Assembly: GCF_006345805.1 (NCBI RefSeq)
Contig: NC_043014.1
Coordinates: 6,200,001-6,264,000 of the forward strand
Length of the DNA stretch: 64,000 nt
Source of the DNA: Octopus sinensis
Lineage: Eukaryota
Reading direction: 5' to 3'
The first letter of the stretch is position 1, and every line of letters starts with the position of its first letter. Under the pieces are notes generated by a model. The model was not told where the DNA came from and did no database searches. It was given only the letters and a program-made list of their open reading frames with translations. The translations under genes and the position numbers were made by a program. This document shows positions 1 to 64,000 of the stretch, in pieces.

Positions 1-969
1 TAGGTTGATCATTTTTTAATACAAAACATGACATAGCATTTCTTACGGCCGTTTCCAATGCCAATGTCAGTCGATGCTTACGAAAGAAATTCTGAAAATA
101 ATATTTGCCATCTTCATAGCACATTCGATCTAGTACATGGAGCTCCATCAGAGTGAATGCAAAAGGATCAAATAAAATAAACGAAGGGAAGAGGAAAGAA
201 CAGGGCCTCGAGATGCGGCCGGAAGGATCAGAATATTAAAATCATACCATGTTGCAGCGTGGTGATCAAAGTCGATAGGCAAAGGAGTGAACTAGCAGTG
301 ATCTAGGGAAATATTTATTGGTTATCTCTTTATAAAGGAGAACCAAGGTGTGTAAATAGTAATGAAAGAACGGATACTATTAACCCTTAGATGGTTGTTC
401 CAACCACTCAGTCTACTCACCTATATATTATACATATACGTATGTGTATCTTTTTGTTCCCGCCCTCGGTGCTTGGCAACCAGTGTTAGTTTGTTTACAT
501 CCCTGTAGCTTAGAGATTTAACAAAAGAGCCCAATAGAATTGGTGCAGGACTTTAAGGACAAAAAAGGGCAAATAAGGACAAAAAAAGGCAAATAAGGAC
601 AAAAAGCAAATAAGTACTAGAATCAATTCTTTAGACAAAACCCTTTGAGACATTGCCCCAGCATGGCCGCAGATCAGTGACTGATATTGGTAAAAGATAA
701 GAGACAAAGATATCCTTTTTGCAACATTCAACATTTGGTTCAAACAAAAAGAAAAAAAACAGTCTACAAGTGCTGCTGCAACAGAAACGGATGACAAGTG
801 CAATTCCTGCAATGTTGATTATGGAGGTTTCTGATTGGCTAAAATTAGCAGAAATTTTAAACTTTAAAAGGCGTGGACCTTTCTTGTTATTTATTTGTAT
901 AAAAAACGAACGACTCGAACAAGTGAAAGAGTAAAATAAAAAACACAACTTCTAAGACATATTGCTAAT

Positions 970-988
970 TTTATTATTGTATTTTATT
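970..988 (-). terminator. Candidate polyadenylation signals (two AATAAA on the minus strand) about 510 nt past the stop
   Basis: tttatt at 970-975 and 983-988; AT-rich context makes chance matches likely. Confidence 0.3.
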
Positions 989-1495
989 AAGAAAGTAAAT
1001 CAAGGATAATTTTAAAAAAACCTGGTTTCAACATTTTTCTTTTTTTCTTTCATAAAATCCAATTAAAATATATATATATGCATACCCACACGCACACCGC
1101 ACACATAATTTTTTAACATAAAAAAAATGATTGAGGCAGAAAGATATTTACAGCTACTGCTTAACATCAGAAGTTAAATGAATGTTTAGGAGCAGCCGCA
1201 GTCTCTCTGTCTTTCTCTCTCTCTCTATCTCACTTTCTCTCTCTGTCTTCCTTTCTTTCTTTCTCTGTATCTCAAGAACAAATCCAAGATGAGAGAACAA
1301 AGTAATGTTATGTGTTACATAACGCGAAAATGAAGTGGAACCGGACACAGCGCATATCAAAGGAAAGAGAGATCAAAACAGTGGAATCTCAACAGCAATG
1401 TAAGTAAAAGAATGTGTAATGGCTCTCCTGAGTGATGAGAAGTGAGAGAGATGTTTGGTGAGGGCAGGGCAGAGTTTGTTATGAGGGAGATTTGT

Positions 1496-59881
<58,386 letters not shown>

Positions 59882-61347
59882 CTAGAAGAAGAGAAAGAGG
59901 AGGAAGTAGTACATGTTTTCGTCATTTGACTGTGGCCATGCTGGAGCACCGCCTTGGAAGGTTTTAGTCGAAGAAATCGACCCCAGGCCTTAATCTCTGT
60001 GATCTTGGTACTTATTCTATTAGTCTCTTATGCAAAACTGCTAAGTTATAGGGACATAAACACACCAACATCAGTCACCAAGTAATGGTGGAGGGACAAA
60101 CACACACACATATATATACACATATGCACATACACACATAAATACAACATATACATACATATACGCACATACATGCATACATGCATGCATATACACATAC
60201 ATACACACACGCACACACATACACGCACATACACATACACACACATACACGCACACACATACACGCACACACACATACACACACACACATACACGCACAC
60301 ACATACACGCACACACACACGCAAACACACATACACGCACACACAGACACACACACATACATACATGCATACATACAACAGGCTTCCTTCAGTTTCCACC
60401 AAAATCCATTCACAGGGCTTTATATATAAATCATGTCTTTTACTTGATTCATTTATCGGAATGAGGTCAGTCTGGAGCACTGCCTTAAAGGGTTTAGTCA
60501 AACAAATCCACTCCAGTGGATTTATCTTTTCTTCTTCATCTTTTTTTTTTAAATCTGATACTTATTCTATCAGTGTCTATTGCCAAACCGCTAAGTTACA
60601 TGGGCATAAACAAACAAACACCGGTTTTAAAGCAATGTTGCGGGACAAACACAAAGACACACATACATACATACATAAATATACATACACATAGAGATGC
60701 AGGCATGGCTGTTTGGTAAGAGGCTTGCTTTCCCAACCACATGGTTCCAGGTTCAGTCTCACTGCGTGGCACCTTGGGCAAGTAACTTCTTCTATAGCCT
60801 GGGGGCCAACCAAAGCCTTGTGAGAGGATTTGGTAGACAGAAACTAAAAGAAGCCCGTCGTGTGTATATGTGTGTGTGTATGTGTGTGTGTTCCCTCCCT
60901 CATCACTGCTTGACAACCAGTGTCGGTGTGTTTACATCCCTGTGACTTAGGGGTTTGGCAAAAGAGACTGATAGAATAAGTACGAGGCTTAAAATGATAA
61001 GTACTAGGGTTGATTTGTACGACTAAGAACTCTTCAAGGCAGTGCTCCAGAATGGCCACAATCAAAAGACTGAAACAAGTAAAAGAATATATACATGTGT
61101 GGCTGTGTGGTAAGTAGCTTGGTTCCCAACCACACGGTTCCGGGTTCAGTCCTACAATGTGGCACCTTGGGCAAGTGTCTTCTACTACAGCCTCGGGCTG
61201 ACCAAAGCCTTGTGAGTGGATTTGGTAGATGGAAACTGAAAGAAGCCCGTCATATATGTGTGTGTGTGTGTGTGTGTGTGTATGTCCCAGATGCTGGTGT
61301 GCTTACATCCCCATTACTTAACAGTTCAGCAAAAGATTCCAGTTTTC

Positions 61348-61405
<58 letters not shown>

Positions 61406-61444
61406 TGTGTGTGTATGTGTGTATGCATGTATGTATGTGTATAT

Positions 61445-61490
<46 letters not shown>

Positions 61491-64000
61491 CTATTACGAT
61501 TCTGCAATTTAAATTCCCAGTTCAACTACTTTCTTCTTCAATTTCAACTCCCGCTCGATGACCGCAGCAAGTTCTTAAAAAATTTATCTTACTATATTTT
61601 TTATTCGTTGTTAATACGTTTATTCATACACTGTTACGAAAATTTAACCTTTTTTAAGATACTTTCAAGCCTTCGCCATAACTTGATTTATCTTCCTATC
61701 TCTCTCTCTACAATATTTAACCGCAGGCTGCCTCAAGCCGTAATCCCATCTTTTAGTCATTGGCGGTCTTCTTTTTCCTCCTCTTCTTCTTCATATGCTA
61801 AAACTTGAAAACCGCCATTACTATACTATTACGATTCTGCAATTTAATTCCCAGTTCAACTACTTTCTCTTCAATTTCAACTCCCGCTCGATGACCGCAG
61901 CAAGTTCTTAAAAAATTTATCTTACTATATTTTTTATTCGTTGTTAATACTTTATTCATACACTGTTACGAAAATTTAACCTTTTTAAGATACTTTCAAG
62001 CCTTCGCCATAACTTGATTTATCTTCCTATCTCTCTCTCTACAATATTTAACCGCAGGCTGCCTCAAGCCGTAATCCCATCTTTTTCCCATCTTTCAGTC
62101 ATTGGCGGTCTTCTTTTTCCTCCTCTTCTTCTTCATATGCTAAAACTTGAAAACCGCCATTACTATTACTATTACGATTCTGCAATTTAAATTCCCAGTT
62201 CAACTACTTTCTTCTTCAATTTCAACTCCCGCTCGATGACCGCAGCAAGTTCTTAAAAAATTTATCTTACTATATTTTTTATTCGTTGTTAATACGTTAT
62301 TCATACACTGTTACGAAAATTTAACCTTTTTTAAGATACTTTCAAGCCTTCGCCATAACTTGATTTATCTTCCTATCTCTCTCTCTACAATATTTAACCG
62401 CAGGCTGCCTCAAGCCGTAATCCCATCTTTTTCCCATCTTTCAGTCATTGGCGGTCTTCTTTTTCCTCCTCTTCTTCTTCATATGCTAAAACTTGAAAAC
62501 CGCCATTACTATTACTATTACGATTCTGCAATTTAAATTCCCAGTTCAACTACTTTCTTTCTTCACAATTTCAACTCCCGCTCGATGACCGCAGCAAGTT
62601 CTTAAAAAATTTATCTTACTATATTTTTTATTCGTTGTTAATACGTTTATTCATACACTGTTACGAAAATTTAACCTTTTTTAAGATACTTTCAAGCCTT
62701 CGCCATAACTTGATTTATCTTCCTATCTCTCTCTCTACAATATTTAACCGCAGGCTGCCTCAAGCCGTAATCCCATCTTTTTCTCCCATCTTTCAGTCAT
62801 TGGCGGTCTTCTTTTTCCTCCTCTTCTTCTTCATATGCTAAAACTTGAAAACCGCCATTACTATTACTATTACGATTCTGCAATTTAAATTCCCAGTTCA
62901 ACTACTTTCTTCTTCAATTTCAACTCCCGCTCGATGACCGCAGCAAGTTCTTAAAAAATTTATCTTACTATATTTTTTATTCGTTGTTAATACGTTTATT
63001 CATACACTGTTACGAAAATTTAACCTTTTTTAAGATACTTTCAAGCCTTCGCCATAACTTGATTTATCTTCCTATCTCTCTCTCTACAATATTTAACCGC
63101 AGGCTGCCTCAAGCCGTAATCCCATCTTTTAGTCATTGGCGGTCTTCTTTTTCCTCCTCTTCTTCTTCATATGCTAAAACTTGAAAACCGCCATTACTAT
63201 TACTATTACGATTCTGATTCAATTTAAATTCCCAGTTCAACTACTTTCTTCTTCAATTTCAACTCCCGCTCGATGACCGCAGCAAGTTCTTAAAAAATTT
63301 ATCTTACTATATTTTTTATTCGTTGTAATACGTTTATTCATACACTGTTACGAAAATTTAACCTTTTTTAGATACTTTCAAGCCTTCGCCATAACTTGAT
63401 TTATCTTCCTATCTCTCTCTCTACAATATTTAACCGCAGGCTGCCTCAAGCCGTAATCCCATCTTTTTCCCATCTTTCAGTCATTGGCGGTCTTCTTTTT
63501 CCTCCTCTTCTTCTTCATATGCTAAAACTTGAAAACCGCCATTACTATTACTATTACGATTCTGCAATTTAAATTCCCAGTTCAACTACTTTCTTCTTCA
63601 ATTTCAACTCCCGCTCGATGACCGCAGCAAGTTCTTAAAAAATTTATCTTACTATATTTTTTATTCGTTGTTAATACGTTTATTCATACACTGTTACGAA
63701 AATTTAACCTTTTTTAAGATACTTTCAAGCCTTCGCCATAACTTGATTTATCTTGATTTATCTTCCTATCTCTCTCTCTACAATATTTAACCGCAGGCTG
63801 CCTCAAGCCGTAATCCCATCTTTTTCCCATCTTTCAGTCATTGGCGGTCTTCTTTTTCCTCCTCTTCTTCTTCATATGCTAAAACTTGAAAACCGCCATT
63901 ACTATTACTATTACGATTCTGCAATTTAAATTCCCAGTTCAACTACTTTCTTCTTCAATTTCAACTCCCGCTCGATGACCGCAGCAAGTTCTTAAAAAAT
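61491..64000. repeat. Tandem satellite, unit about 335-357 bp, at least 7.3 copies, runs off the window edge
   Basis: Unit starts at 61491, 61826, 62169, 62515, 62867, 63203, 63551, 63908. Confidence 0.92.

Noticed and set aside
38-90. Hammerhead-like relic on the minus strand (stem I ATTTCT/AGAAAT, GAAACGGCCGTA)
   Set aside because: The CUGANGA core is unrecognisable (TTCGTAA); too weak to call.
61491-63200. Repeated ORF MLIRLFIHCYENL...
   Set aside because: A by-product of the satellite, broken by indels between units.
59882-64000. Upstream MRP1 exons (TMD0/L0/TM6)
   Set aside because: None recognisable; presumably beyond the window edge.

Overview
AT-rich, repeat-dense eukaryotic DNA whose repeat families look like an Octopus genome (species inferred, not determined). 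A single protein-coding gene dominates the window: an ABCC1/MRP1-like ABC transporter on the minus strand. I traced 22 GT-AG exons from 59881 down to the stop at 1496 (about 1200 codons covering TMD1, NBD1, linker, TMD2 and NBD2); the 5' exons lie beyond the right edge. All splice phases chain correctly except one exon (43444-43569) that is 1 nt short, most likely a homopolymer assembly error. The predicted substrate pocket differs strongly from human MRP1 (equivalents of F594, P1150, Y1243, N1245, W1246, R1249; human numbering from memory). The introns hold tRNA-derived SINEs, RTE and CR1 LINE 3' ends, Helitrons, MITEs, satellites and microsatellites. The most unusual signal is a family of tRNA-Arg-headed SINE-like elements whose fixed 3' part carries a Penelope-type minimal hammerhead ribozyme (intact at 36103-36148). 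Several further hammerhead motifs, some in tandem units, occur elsewhere in the introns. Exon coordinates were read base by base; repeat boundaries are approximate (about +/-10 bp).
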